From the NCBI RefSeq assembly GCF_000734015.1, contig NZ_CP008796.1, forward strand, positions 420,001-452,000: a stretch of DNA of 32,000 nucleotides, read 5' to 3'. The notes beneath the pieces are model-generated. The model was given only the letters and a program-made list of their open reading frames with translations, ran no database searches and had not been told where the DNA came from. This DNA is from Thermodesulfobacterium commune DSM 2178. Its GTDB lineage: Bacteria > Desulfobacterota > Thermodesulfobacteria > Thermodesulfobacteriales > Thermodesulfobacteriaceae. Position numbers and translations under genes: made by a program. The stretch's first letter is position 1, and every line of letters begins with the position of its first letter. This document shows positions 7,964 to 16,586 of this stretch, piece by piece.

Positions 7964-8909
7964 ACCTATACTGGAAGTTAAAAATATATGGAAGACCTAT
8001 CATGTAAAGGTTTTAGGGGGGTTAAAAACTTATAAAGTAGTGGCTTTAAGAGGGGTGAGTTTAAAGATAGAAAAAGGGGAGGTGTTAGGGATTTTAGGGG
8101 AAAGTGGATGTGGTAAGTCAACCCTTGGAAAAATAGTCTTAGGCCTTGAAACCCCAGACGAGGGAGAAGTTTTTTGGTTTGGTATTTCTTTGAAAAATCT
8201 TGATAGAAAAACCTATAAAGCCTTAAGGCCGAAGGTTCAGGCTGTTTTGCAAGACCCTTATTCATCTTTAAATCCTCGTTATAAGATAAAAGAAGCCCTT
8301 TTAGAACCCTATCTCATTAACGTAAGTCCTGATAAAAAAGAGGGATTAAGTAAGGCTCAAGAGCTTTTAAACCAGGTAGGGCTTGATAATTCAGTGTTAG
8401 AAAAATATCCTCATGAGTTAAGCGGAGGCCAGCGTCAAAGAGTAGCTTTAGCCAGGGCTTTGATGGTTAACCCTGAGTTGTTAGTGCTTGATGAGCCAAC
8501 CTCTGCGTTAGACGTAACCATTCAAGCACAAATCCTTGAACTTATGAAAACTTTAAAAGAACGTTACCAACTAAGCTATCTTTTAATAAGCCATTCCTTG
8601 CCTGTGGTTTTTTATCTTGCTGACTGGATAGGGGTAATATATTTCGGGACTTTGGTAGAGCTATGCCATAAAAGTTTTTTGAAACGTCTTAACCATCATC
8701 CGTATACCGAGCTTCTTATACAGTCTTATCTTGATCCCTTTGCTTCCTCTCAGGTAATTCCCGAAATAGAAGTAGAACTTAACCCTTTTACTTCTAATAG
8801 ATGTGTTTTTTTAAATAGATGTCCTGTAAAGAGAAAGGATTGCTATAAAACAAACCCACCCCTTGTTAAAAAGAGTGATTTACAATATATAGCTTGTTTT
8901 AATATATAG
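7956..8909 (+). CDS. Dpp/Opp/Nik-family ABC transporter ATP-binding protein (F-type)
   Basis: Walker A GESGCGKST, LSGGQRQR, LLVLDEPTS, and a C-terminal Cys motif (CVFLNRCPVKRKDC...C). It overlaps the upstream ATPase by 8 nt. Confidence 0.8.
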   Translation: MNKPILEVKNIWKTYHVKVLGGLKTYKVVALRGVSLKIEKGEVLGILGESGCGKSTLGKIVLGLETPDEGEVFWFGISLKNLDRKTYKALRPKVQAVLQDPYSSLNPRYKIKEALLEPYLINVSPDKKEGLSKAQELLNQVGLDNSVLEKYPHELSGGQRQRVALARALMVNPELLVLDEPTSALDVTIQAQILELMKTLKERYQLSYLLISHSLPVVFYLADWIGVIYFGTLVELCHKSFLKRLNHHPYTELLIQSYLDPFASSQVIPEIEVELNPFTSNRCVFLNRCPVKRKDCYKTNPPLVKKSDLQYIACFNI

Positions 8910-9285
8910 TTAACTGTATGTTGTTTTAACCCTCTACTTTTATGTTAAAAACTAAAAAAAAAGAAAAAAAACAAAAAACAGAAAACGGTAAAGAAAAAAA
9001 GAGATGTTAAAAACTATCCCCTTGGCTTTTAATAAAAACTTAACCTTAAATCCTTTATCCTTACTAAAGTTCACTGGTTGCTTTTTTATAACTATTTGAT
9101 TTTTCGTTAAAAAGAAAAATTAAAATAAAAAATAAAAACCGACCTAAACCATCTTTTCTAAAATTTGAAAATCTCAAGGACTTTGTTTAAATTAAATAAT
9201 ACAGGATAGAGGTCTTAAAAATTAAGAATCTTTAGTATCTTTTTGGTCACTTAAGATACTCACTTAAGAAGTATGGGGAGGTATT
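8910..9285. other. AT-rich spacer upstream of dnaA; candidate replication origin / dnaA control region
   Basis: A 376-bp non-coding stretch with long A-tracts (8954-9000, 9100-9140). It contains three TATCC cores (about 9015, 9055, and inverted at about 9205). The best DnaA-box-like 9-mer is TTATCCTTA at 9054-9062, matching TTATCCACA at 7/9. No perfect box was seen. Confidence 0.35.
8942..9016 (+). repeat. Two direct copies of ATGTTAAAAACTA (8942-8954 and 9004-9016)
   Basis: Exact 13-mer read twice, 62 nt apart, bracketing the longest A-tract of the spacer. Confidence 0.6.
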
Positions 9286-10632
9286 ATGTTTGTTAGCTGG
9301 TCTTTAGTTAAAGGGAAGATAAAGGAGTTGTTACCAGAGCCTATATTTAAGGTATGGTTTGAGGCTACTAACGGAGAGGTGGTTGATGGGAAGCTTATTC
9401 TGGAGGTTCCAAACGAGTTTACTAAAAACTGGATAGAGGAAAACTATTCAACCTTATTAAACCAGGTAACAGCAGAATATGGGTTGACAGGATATGGATT
9501 TGTAGTACGTGAAATCCCTAAGGCAGAGCAGTTAATCATACCTTATAATCCTGTAAGTCTGATAGGAAGAAAACTCAGTCCTAAATATACCTTTGAGGAT
9601 TTTGTGGTAGGGAAATGTAATGAATTTGCTTATAATATTTGCTATCAAGTAGCAGAAGAAAGGCCGAAGGGATATTTGATTTATCTTTATGGGAACTTTG
9701 GTTTAGGTAAAACTCATCTTACCCAAGCAGTAGGAAATAGTCTCTTTAGTCGAGGGTTTAATCGAGTATACTATCTTACTGCCCAAGATTTTTTAAACTA
9801 TATGATAAAGTATCTTAAATCTGGGATGATAGAAACTTTTAAAGAACACTTTAAAGAGTATTGTGAGGTTTTGTTGTTAGAGGGTATCCATTTCTTTGCG
9901 GGGAAAGAGTATACTCAGAATGAACTTGCTTTTCTTTTAGACTATCTTTTAGACCAGGGAAAGACTGTAATCTTTACTTCCCACAAGATGCCACAGGAAC
10001 TAAACAGTATAGAAAGTTCTCTTAGGTCAAGGTTAAATTCTTCGCTAATCATTAAACTTAACGCACCAGATTTTCAAACCCGCAAAAAGATTATAAAACA
10101 TAAAGCTAAAAAATTAGGATATAACTTAGGGTACGAAGTAATAGAATATTTAGCAAGAAAAGTAAGGGGGGACGTGAGGCAGATAGAAAGTGTAGTTTTA
10201 GGGCTTATTGCTAGGGCTTCTTTATTAAAAGAACCTGTTTCTTTAACCTTAGCCAAAGAACTTATCGAGGAAATAGGTTTGAAGGATAGTTCTGATTCAG
10301 TGGATTTTATCATAGAAACTACCTGTAGATTTTTTGGTATACCTAAAGAAGACCTTTTTTCCTCTTCCAGAAGAAAAGATCTTTCCCTTTCACGTCAGGT
10401 AGTTATTTATCTTCTTAGAAATGTTCTTAAAAAGCCTCTAAAAGACATTTCGCAGATTTTTAAAAAACAACACTCTACGATCATCTATAATCTTAAAACC
10501 TTTGAGCAAAAAATACAGAAGGATGTTACATTAAGAACAAAACTCGATTATCTAGTAAAAGAAATTAGCTTAGAGTTGAACGATAAGAATTTAGATACCG
10601 AATTTGAAACCTCAGATGAAATCTTTCTCTAA
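9286..10632 (+). CDS. dnaA: Chromosomal replication initiator DnaA (divergent)
   Basis: Domain I-like N-terminus (WF..., LEVPNEFTKNWIEENY), Walker A GNFGLGKTHL, box VII LRSRL, sensor II GDVRQIES, and a C-terminal HTH region (SRQVVIYLLRN...QHSTIIYN). SD GGGGAGG. Several signature residues deviate (see findings). Confidence 0.8.
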   Translation: MFVSWSLVKGKIKELLPEPIFKVWFEATNGEVVDGKLILEVPNEFTKNWIEENYSTLLNQVTAEYGLTGYGFVVREIPKAEQLIIPYNPVSLIGRKLSPKYTFEDFVVGKCNEFAYNICYQVAEERPKGYLIYLYGNFGLGKTHLTQAVGNSLFSRGFNRVYYLTAQDFLNYMIKYLKSGMIETFKEHFKEYCEVLLLEGIHFFAGKEYTQNELAFLLDYLLDQGKTVIFTSHKMPQELNSIESSLRSRLNSSLIIKLNAPDFQTRKKIIKHKAKKLGYNLGYEVIEYLARKVRGDVRQIESVVLGLIARASLLKEPVSLTLAKELIEEIGLKDSSDSVDFIIETTCRFFGIPKEDLFSSSRRKDLSLSRQVVIYLLRNVLKKPLKDISQIFKKQHSTIIYNLKTFEQKIQKDVTLRTKLDYLVKEISLELNDKNLDTEFETSDEIFL

Positions 10633-11989
10633 ATTTCTTTCGAGACTGAAAGATATTTTAGGAGAGAATAAGGTTTTTACTCAACCAAAAGACCTTATAG
10701 CTTATTCGTTTGATTCTTCTGCGGCTATCGGGGTACCTTTAGCGGTAGTTTTTCCTGAAAGAAAAGAAGAGGTAGTAGATGTTTTAAAACTTATCGCAGA
10801 ATATAAAATACCTTTGGTACCAAGAGGTGCTGGGACTGCAACCACAGGTAGTGCGGTTTCTCATACACAGGGTCTTATTTTGTCTTTTGAGCGTATGAAC
10901 CGAATTTTAGAACTAAACTTAGAAGAAAGGATAGTTGTGGTTCAACCTGGTGTACTTAATGGAGAACTTAAAAACTATCTAAAAAAGTTTGGCCTTTTTT
11001 ATCCCCCTGACCCGGCAAGTTATAATTACTCTACGATAGGAGGAAATGTAGCCACAGGGGCAGGAGGCCCAAGAGGTCTTAAGTATGGAACAACTAAAGA
11101 CTATGTGTTAGCTTTAGAAGTAGGATTGCCAGGAGGGAAGATATTCTGGACAGGTCCATTGACCCTTAAGGGAGTAGTTGGTTATAATCTTACCCCTCTT
11201 TTTGTGGGGTCTGAAGGTACCTTAGGGGTTTTTACTGAGATAGTCTTAAAGGTTGTGCCTTTACCAGAAACAAGGGTCCTTTTGTTATCGTACCATGAGA
11301 AAGAAGAAGAACCGTTAGAAATCATCTCAGAGCTTTTGAAAGCCCTTATCACTCCTGCTTCTGCAGAATTTATAGACAAGACCACTCTTTTAGCTTTATC
11401 AAAAAACAAACAAATAGAACTACATGACAAAAAGGTAAAGTCTCTTCTCTTCTTAGAGCTAGACGGAACGGTAGAGTCGGTTAAGAAAGAGCTGAAAAAG
11501 GTAGAGGAGTTATATCAAATGAAAGGAATTTTTTACCATAAAGCTGATACAGAAGAAAAAATAGAATCCCTCTGGGAGATAAGAAGAGCGGTTTCTCCTT
11601 CGGTAAGGGTGTTAGGGGAAAGAAAGATTTCAGATGATGTGGTTTTACCAAGACGAAACATGAAAGAGTTTTTAAAGAAGATCAGGAAGTTAGAAGAAGA
11701 AAAGGGGATCTATGTATGCTGTTTTGGTCATGCTGGGGACGGAAATTTTCATGTAAATCTTCTTTTTTCTTCAGAAAAGGAAGAAGAGGCTAAGTCCTTA
11801 AGGAAGGCTATTTTAAAAGAGGTTTTAAACCTGAAAGGAACCCTTTCTGGTGAACATGGCATAGGCTATGTAAAACGCTCATTTGTAGCATGGGAACTAA
11901 CCCCTCTTCAGTTAGAACTTATGAGAGGTCTTAAAAAGGTATTTGACCCTGAAAATCTTTTAAACCCAGAGATAAAAATCCCTTTTTAA
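10616..11989 (+). CDS. FAD-linked oxidase (GlcD / D-lactate dehydrogenase family)
   Basis: FAD_binding_4-type N-terminal half (PRGAGTATTGSAV, GVLNGEL) and an oxidase C-terminal half (GHAGDGNFHVN, GTLSGEHGIG). The ATG at 10616 avoids most of the overlap with dnaA that the track's TTG at 10604 creates. Confidence 0.8.
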   Translation: MKSFSKFLSRLKDILGENKVFTQPKDLIAYSFDSSAAIGVPLAVVFPERKEEVVDVLKLIAEYKIPLVPRGAGTATTGSAVSHTQGLILSFERMNRILELNLEERIVVVQPGVLNGELKNYLKKFGLFYPPDPASYNYSTIGGNVATGAGGPRGLKYGTTKDYVLALEVGLPGGKIFWTGPLTLKGVVGYNLTPLFVGSEGTLGVFTEIVLKVVPLPETRVLLLSYHEKEEEPLEIISELLKALITPASAEFIDKTTLLALSKNKQIELHDKKVKSLLFLELDGTVESVKKELKKVEELYQMKGIFYHKADTEEKIESLWEIRRAVSPSVRVLGERKISDDVVLPRRNMKEFLKKIRKLEEEKGIYVCCFGHAGDGNFHVNLLFSSEKEEEAKSLRKAILKEVLNLKGTLSGEHGIGYVKRSFVAWELTPLQLELMRGLKKVFDPENLLNPEIKIPF

Positions 11990-12006
11990 TATTATAAAGA
12001 CTTGAT

Positions 12007-12789
12007 ATGAGCCTTTATAACAAGATAAAACGGTTGGTAGGGAGGGCTATTTTTGGATATCAAATGTTATCCTCTGAGGATGTAATCATAGTGGCTATGT
12101 CTGGGGGAGAAGATAGTTTAGCTTTGGCTTATTTTTTAAGTGAATGGAGAAAAAAGTTAAGAGCAGACTACAGGTTGATAGGTGTGCATTTAGACATGGG
12201 ATTTCCCTGTGATAAAGAAGTTTATAACAGGGGAGTTAAGTGGCTTGAAGGATTTTGTCAGGGTTTAGATATAGAATTTTTTGTAGAAAAAACTAACTGT
12301 GGGGAGCAGGCTTTAGAGGTTGCGGAAAAAAAGATTACCTCTCCTTGCTTTGTTTGTTCTTGGCATAGAAGAAAACATCTTTTTAAGTTAGCTGAAACCT
12401 GGAAGGCAAACAAGATAGCCTTTGGGCATCATAAAGATGACCTTTTGACAACTTTTTTTATCAACCTTTTTTATCACGGAGAACTTTCTACCATTTTGCC
12501 TGTTCAGGAGATGTTTAAAGGAAAGGTTTATCTTATAAGGCCTCTTATTTTTGTAGAAAAAGATATGCTCTCAAGATTTGTAAAAGCCCAAGGTTGGGAG
12601 ATTTTAGAGAACCCTTGCCCTTTTTCTGATAAAACCAAGAGAAAGTTTTTAGAGCAATGGCTTAAGGAGCATGTTTACTCTCTTGATCCAAGAATTAAAA
12701 AAAGTATCTTTAACGCGGTGTTTAACCCGAAGATAGAGTATTTACCCCAAAAACCTGCTCCGTCTTATAAAAACCATCCTCAGAGGTAA
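12007..12789 (+). CDS. ttcA: PP-loop ATPase of the TtcA / tRNA thiolation family
   Basis: PP-loop SGGEDS, CFVCSWHRR cysteine motif, GHHKDD, and a second cysteine (NPCPF). Confidence 0.7.
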   Translation: MSLYNKIKRLVGRAIFGYQMLSSEDVIIVAMSGGEDSLALAYFLSEWRKKLRADYRLIGVHLDMGFPCDKEVYNRGVKWLEGFCQGLDIEFFVEKTNCGEQALEVAEKKITSPCFVCSWHRRKHLFKLAETWKANKIAFGHHKDDLLTTFFINLFYHGELSTILPVQEMFKGKVYLIRPLIFVEKDMLSRFVKAQGWEILENPCPFSDKTKRKFLEQWLKEHVYSLDPRIKKSIFNAVFNPKIEYLPQKPAPSYKNHPQR

Positions 12790-12799
12790 GGTTATTGAC

Positions 12800-13576
12800 A
12801 TGTTTTACGTACTTTTAGCAGGGATGTTTACTTGGTTTGCTACAGGCATCGGAAGTTTAGGAGTTTTTTTGTTAAAACGACCAAACCCTAAGTTTTTCTC
12901 TGTATCCTTAGGTTTTTCAGCTGGGGTAATGATAGCAGCAAGCTTTTGGTCTTTGTTAACTCCTGCTTTAGAGATGGCTAAAAATTTAACTCTCCCTTCT
13001 TTCGTTTCGGTAGGTATAGGATTTGTTTTAGGAGTTTTATTTTTAAGGTTACTTGATTTGATGGTTCCTCACCTACATCTTTTTAGTTCTAAGGAGGAAA
13101 CAGAAGGTTTTAAGGTTTCTTTAAACGTTAGTGCTTTGGTCTTTTTAGCCATTACTTTGCATAATATCCCTGAGGGATTGGCTGTCGGGGTTGCTTTTGG
13201 TAGTATAAACCAAGAGGGATATCTTATCCAAGAGGTCATAAACTTGGCTTTAGGTATAGGGATACAGAATATACCAGAAGGATTAGCCTTAGGTTTAACC
13301 CTTAAATTAAGTGGCATGTCTAAGCCTAAGGCTTTTACTTTGAGTTTTCTTTCAGCCGTGGTTGAACCGATTTTTGCTTTGATAGGCTTTGGGGTGGTAT
13401 CTTACTCGTTTTATTTTTTGCCTTATTCTTTAAGTTTTGCCGCTGGTGCTATGATGTTTGTAACCATAGAGGAGCTTCTTCCTGAGGCTCAAAAGGCTGC
13501 AAACACAGATTATTCTTCCTTGGGGTTTGGCTTAGGATTCCTTACCATGATGTTCCTTGATACCTATTTAAGTTAA
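12800..13576 (+). CDS. zupT: ZIP-family divalent metal (zinc) transporter, ZupT-like
   Basis: Polytopic membrane protein with the ZIP signature HNIPEGLAVG and a second NIPEGLALG repeat. 258 aa. Confidence 0.8.
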   Translation: MFYVLLAGMFTWFATGIGSLGVFLLKRPNPKFFSVSLGFSAGVMIAASFWSLLTPALEMAKNLTLPSFVSVGIGFVLGVLFLRLLDLMVPHLHLFSSKEETEGFKVSLNVSALVFLAITLHNIPEGLAVGVAFGSINQEGYLIQEVINLALGIGIQNIPEGLALGLTLKLSGMSKPKAFTLSFLSAVVEPIFALIGFGVVSYSFYFLPYSLSFAAGAMMFVTIEELLPEAQKAANTDYSSLGFGLGFLTMMFLDTYLS

Positions 13577-13583
13577 GATTTTC

Positions 13584-13613
13584 TTGACATTTTCTGAAAC
13601 AAAGTCATATTTT
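13584..13613 (+). promoter_or_regulatory. Candidate sigma-70 promoter placing the transcription start at or next to the response-regulator ATG
   Basis: TTGACA (13584-13589), an 18-nt spacer, TATTTT (13608-13613), then 8 nt to the ATG at 13622. No SD-like purine run lies between. Confidence 0.3.
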
Positions 13614-13621
13614 AATAAAAT

Positions 13622-15001
13622 ATGAAAGAGATTTGGATAGTTGATGATGAAATAGGAATTTTAGAAGTTTTAGAAGACATTCTTAAAGATGAGAACTATA
13701 AAGTTAAGACTTTTCTCTATGCTAAAGATTTTCTAAAAGAAATAAATCTTAGGCCTCCAGATGCGGTTTTTTTAGACCTTTGGCTGAAGGATGCAGACGG
13801 ACTTGAGATTTTAGCTACTATCAAAAAATTGTATCCGTATTTACCGGTTATTGTTATTTCAGGTCATGGTACCATAGAGACAGCAGTTAAAGCTATTAAG
13901 ATGGGAGCTTTTGATTTTATAGAAAAACCTCTGTCTTACGAAAGAATAATTGTTACTTTAGAGAATGCATTAAAGGTTAGTTCCTTAGAAGAAGAAAACA
14001 AAAGATTAAGAGAAAAGCTTCTTGGCGAGGTTAAATTAACAGGGGTTTCTTCTGCGATTGAATCCCTAAGAGAGATTATCTATAAAGTAGCCCCAACTGA
14101 TACTACTGTCCTTATTTTAGGAGAATCAGGAGTTGGAAAGGAGGTAGTGGCTAAACTTATTCATTTTTATTCTAATCGAGCTAAAGAACCCTTTGTAGAG
14201 GTCAATTGTGCTGCTATACCTGATACTCTTATAGAAGCCGAACTTTTTGGATATGAAAGAGGGGCTTTTACCGGTGCCTTTACCTCAAAGGCAGGAAAAT
14301 TAGAGCTTGCTAATCGTGGAACCCTTTTTCTTGACGAAATAGGAGATATGAGCCTCCCTTCTCAGGCCAAAATTTTAAGGGTTTTACAAGAGAAAAAGTT
14401 TGAAAGGCTTGGAGGAACACGTTCTATAGAGGTCGATGTAAGGATTATTGCAGCAACTAATAAAGATTTAAGAGAGTGTATAAAAAAAGGTTCTTTTAGA
14501 GAAGACCTTTATTACCGCCTTAATGCCTTTCCTATTTATATACCTCCGTTAAGAGAAAGAAAAGAAGATATACCTGTTTTGGTAGAAGAATTTTTAGAAG
14601 AGATGAGTTATAAAACAGCCTCAGGGAGAAAATATCTTAAACCGGATGCCCTTTCTGCTTTGATGGAATATCATTGGCCAGGAAACGTAAGAGAGTTAAA
14701 AAATTTTATAGAAAGGTTGGTCATTCTTTCAAACAAAAGAGAGATAGGTTATGAAGACCTTCCTGAAGATTTTAAAAGTCTTTTAAAAAGAAAGGATTAT
14801 TTTTCTTCTCAAGACCAACCTTGGTTTAGAGAAAAAGATTTTAAGTCTGCTAAACAACTTTTTGAAAAAGAGTTTATTAAAAGAAAGCTTTTAGAGTATG
14901 GAGGAAACATTTCTCATACCGCAAGAGAGATAGGAATAGAGCGTGCTTATCTTCAAAAGAAGATAAAAGAGTTAGGGATAAAAGAAGAGGTTAAGGAATA
15001 G
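13622..15001 (+). CDS. Sigma-54-dependent response regulator (NtrC family: REC + AAA+ + Fis-type HTH)
   Basis: REC start (IWIVDDE, phospho-acceptor DLWLKD), Walker A GESGVGKE, GAFTGA loop (ERGAFTGA), ESELFGY-like AELFGYE, and a C-terminal HTH (GNISHTAREIGIERAYLQKKIKE). Confidence 0.9.
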   Translation: MKEIWIVDDEIGILEVLEDILKDENYKVKTFLYAKDFLKEINLRPPDAVFLDLWLKDADGLEILATIKKLYPYLPVIVISGHGTIETAVKAIKMGAFDFIEKPLSYERIIVTLENALKVSSLEEENKRLREKLLGEVKLTGVSSAIESLREIIYKVAPTDTTVLILGESGVGKEVVAKLIHFYSNRAKEPFVEVNCAAIPDTLIEAELFGYERGAFTGAFTSKAGKLELANRGTLFLDEIGDMSLPSQAKILRVLQEKKFERLGGTRSIEVDVRIIAATNKDLRECIKKGSFREDLYYRLNAFPIYIPPLRERKEDIPVLVEEFLEEMSYKTASGRKYLKPDALSALMEYHWPGNVRELKNFIERLVILSNKREIGYEDLPEDFKSLLKRKDYFSSQDQPWFREKDFKSAKQLFEKEFIKRKLLEYGGNISHTAREIGIERAYLQKKIKELGIKEEVKE

Positions 15002-15989
15002 AAAGTTTTTTAAAAACAGCCCTAGCATAAGCTTCTGTATTTAGGTCTGCATATTTTTTTTCTTGCCATTGTTTATAACCTAGCAGACCTACCATGGCTG
15101 CGTTGTCTGTACAAAATTCTAAGGAGGGAAAATAGATCTCAACTCCAGTATTAAAGGCCTTTTCTCTAAACCTTTGCCTCAATCTTTTGTTAGCAGCTAC
15201 CCCACCTGCTACTACCACTCTTGGCACTTTAAAAAGGTCGACGGCTCTAAAGGTTTTATAAACTAACACATCACATACAGCCTCTTCAAACCCGGCACAA
15301 AGGTCTTCAACCCTGTAAGAATGATTTTTTATGTAGTTTAACACAGCTGTTTTAAGCCCAGAAAAGCTAAAATCTAAAGATTTATCTTCTAATAAAGGTC
15401 TTGGTAAATTTATAGCCTTAGGATCTCCTTTTTCAGCCAGTTGACTTATTATCGGCCCTCCGGGATAAGGTAATCCTAAGAGTTTGGCTACTTTATCAAA
15501 AGCCTCTCCTGCTGCGTCATCTTTAGTATGTCCGATGACATAAAATTCAAAAAAAGAATTTATTAAAAAGAGGGCTGTATGTCCTCCAGACACAAGTAAT
15601 CCTATAAAAGGAAACTCTATTTCCTTTTCTAAAAATACTGCTAAAAGGTGGGCCTGGAGATGGTCTACCGCGATAAGAGGTATTTTAAGGGCAAAACTAA
15701 TCGCTTTAGCCAAGGACACACCTACCAAAAGAGAACCTATCAATCCTGGCCCAAAAGTAGCTGCCACAGCTTTGAGTTGTGAAATTTCGATATTATTCTG
15801 TTTTAAAAGTTCTTTAATAAGAGGATAAAGCACCTCAAGTTGTTTTCTTGAGGCAATTTCTGGTACAATCCCGCCAAAAGGAGAATGAATAGCTACTTGA
15901 GAGTAGAGGAGGTGAGAAATAAGTTTTCCATCTTCGGAAAAAAGAGCCACCCCTGTTTCATCACAAGAGGTTTCTATAGCTAAAAGCAT
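14991..15989 (-). CDS. tsaD: tRNA N6-adenosine threonylcarbamoyltransferase
   Basis: LAIETSCDETGVAL start, VDHLQAHL metal-binding motif, GGVAANKRLR. 332 aa. Confidence 0.9.
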   Translation of the reverse strand: MLLAIETSCDETGVALFSEDGKLISHLLYSQVAIHSPFGGIVPEIASRKQLEVLYPLIKELLKQNNIEISQLKAVAATFGPGLIGSLLVGVSLAKAISFALKIPLIAVDHLQAHLLAVFLEKEIEFPFIGLLVSGGHTALFLINSFFEFYVIGHTKDDAAGEAFDKVAKLLGLPYPGGPIISQLAEKGDPKAINLPRPLLEDKSLDFSFSGLKTAVLNYIKNHSYRVEDLCAGFEEAVCDVLVYKTFRAVDLFKVPRVVVAGGVAANKRLRQRFREKAFNTGVEIYFPSLEFCTDNAAMVGLLGYKQWQEKKYADLNTEAYARAVFKKLSIP

Positions 15990-15991
15990 GG

Positions 15992-16573
15992 TTATTTAGG
16001 AAAAAGAAGATCTTCGAGCAATTCAGAAAAAAGATGAAGGAAAAGCAAGTGACCTTCCTGGATACGAGGGGTCTCTTTGCTTGGTACAACTATCAGATGA
16101 TCACAAAAAGCCTTCATCTTACCTCCAGTGCCTCCGGTTAACCCCACGGTATAAAGTCCCAGCTCCTTAGCAACCTTTAAGCCTTCTATAACATTGGGAG
16201 AATTCCCGCTGGTGCTAATTCCTAAAGCTAAATCTCCTTTTTTTCCTAAGGCTAAAATTTGTTTTACAAACACCTGAGAGAAGTCATAATCGTTAGAAAC
16301 GGCGGTAAGGATTGACGTATCGGTGGTGAGGGCGATTGCTGGAAGAGGTCTTCTTTCTTTTTTAAACCTGTTTACTAATTCTGCTGCTAAATGCTGTGCA
16401 TCAGCTGCACTTCCTCCGTTACCAAAAATTAAAATTTTCCCACCTTGAAGGATTACCTCCTTAGCTAACAGCACCACTTCAACAATCTTAGTAGCTTCAG
16501 TCCTTAAAAACTCTTCTTGAGTCTTTCTTGAACTTTCTCCTATCGTTAAGACTTTTTCTTTTAGTTTCTCCAT
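15992..16573 (-). CDS. gmhA: SIS-domain phosphoheptose isomerase (GmhA / DiaA family)
   Basis: GNGGSAADAQHLAAEL, ISTSGNSPNV, IQEGHL motifs. The ATG at 16573 has an SD GAGGT 5 nt upstream and avoids overlapping the upstream gene. The track start at 16636 is rejected. Confidence 0.8.
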   Translation of the reverse strand: MEKLKEKVLTIGESSRKTQEEFLRTEATKIVEVVLLAKEVILQGGKILIFGNGGSAADAQHLAAELVNRFKKERRPLPAIALTTDTSILTAVSNDYDFSQVFVKQILALGKKGDLALGISTSGNSPNVIEGLKVAKELGLYTVGLTGGTGGKMKAFCDHLIVVPSKETPRIQEGHLLFLHLFSELLEDLLFPK

Positions 16574-16586
16574 TTTTACCTCAATT

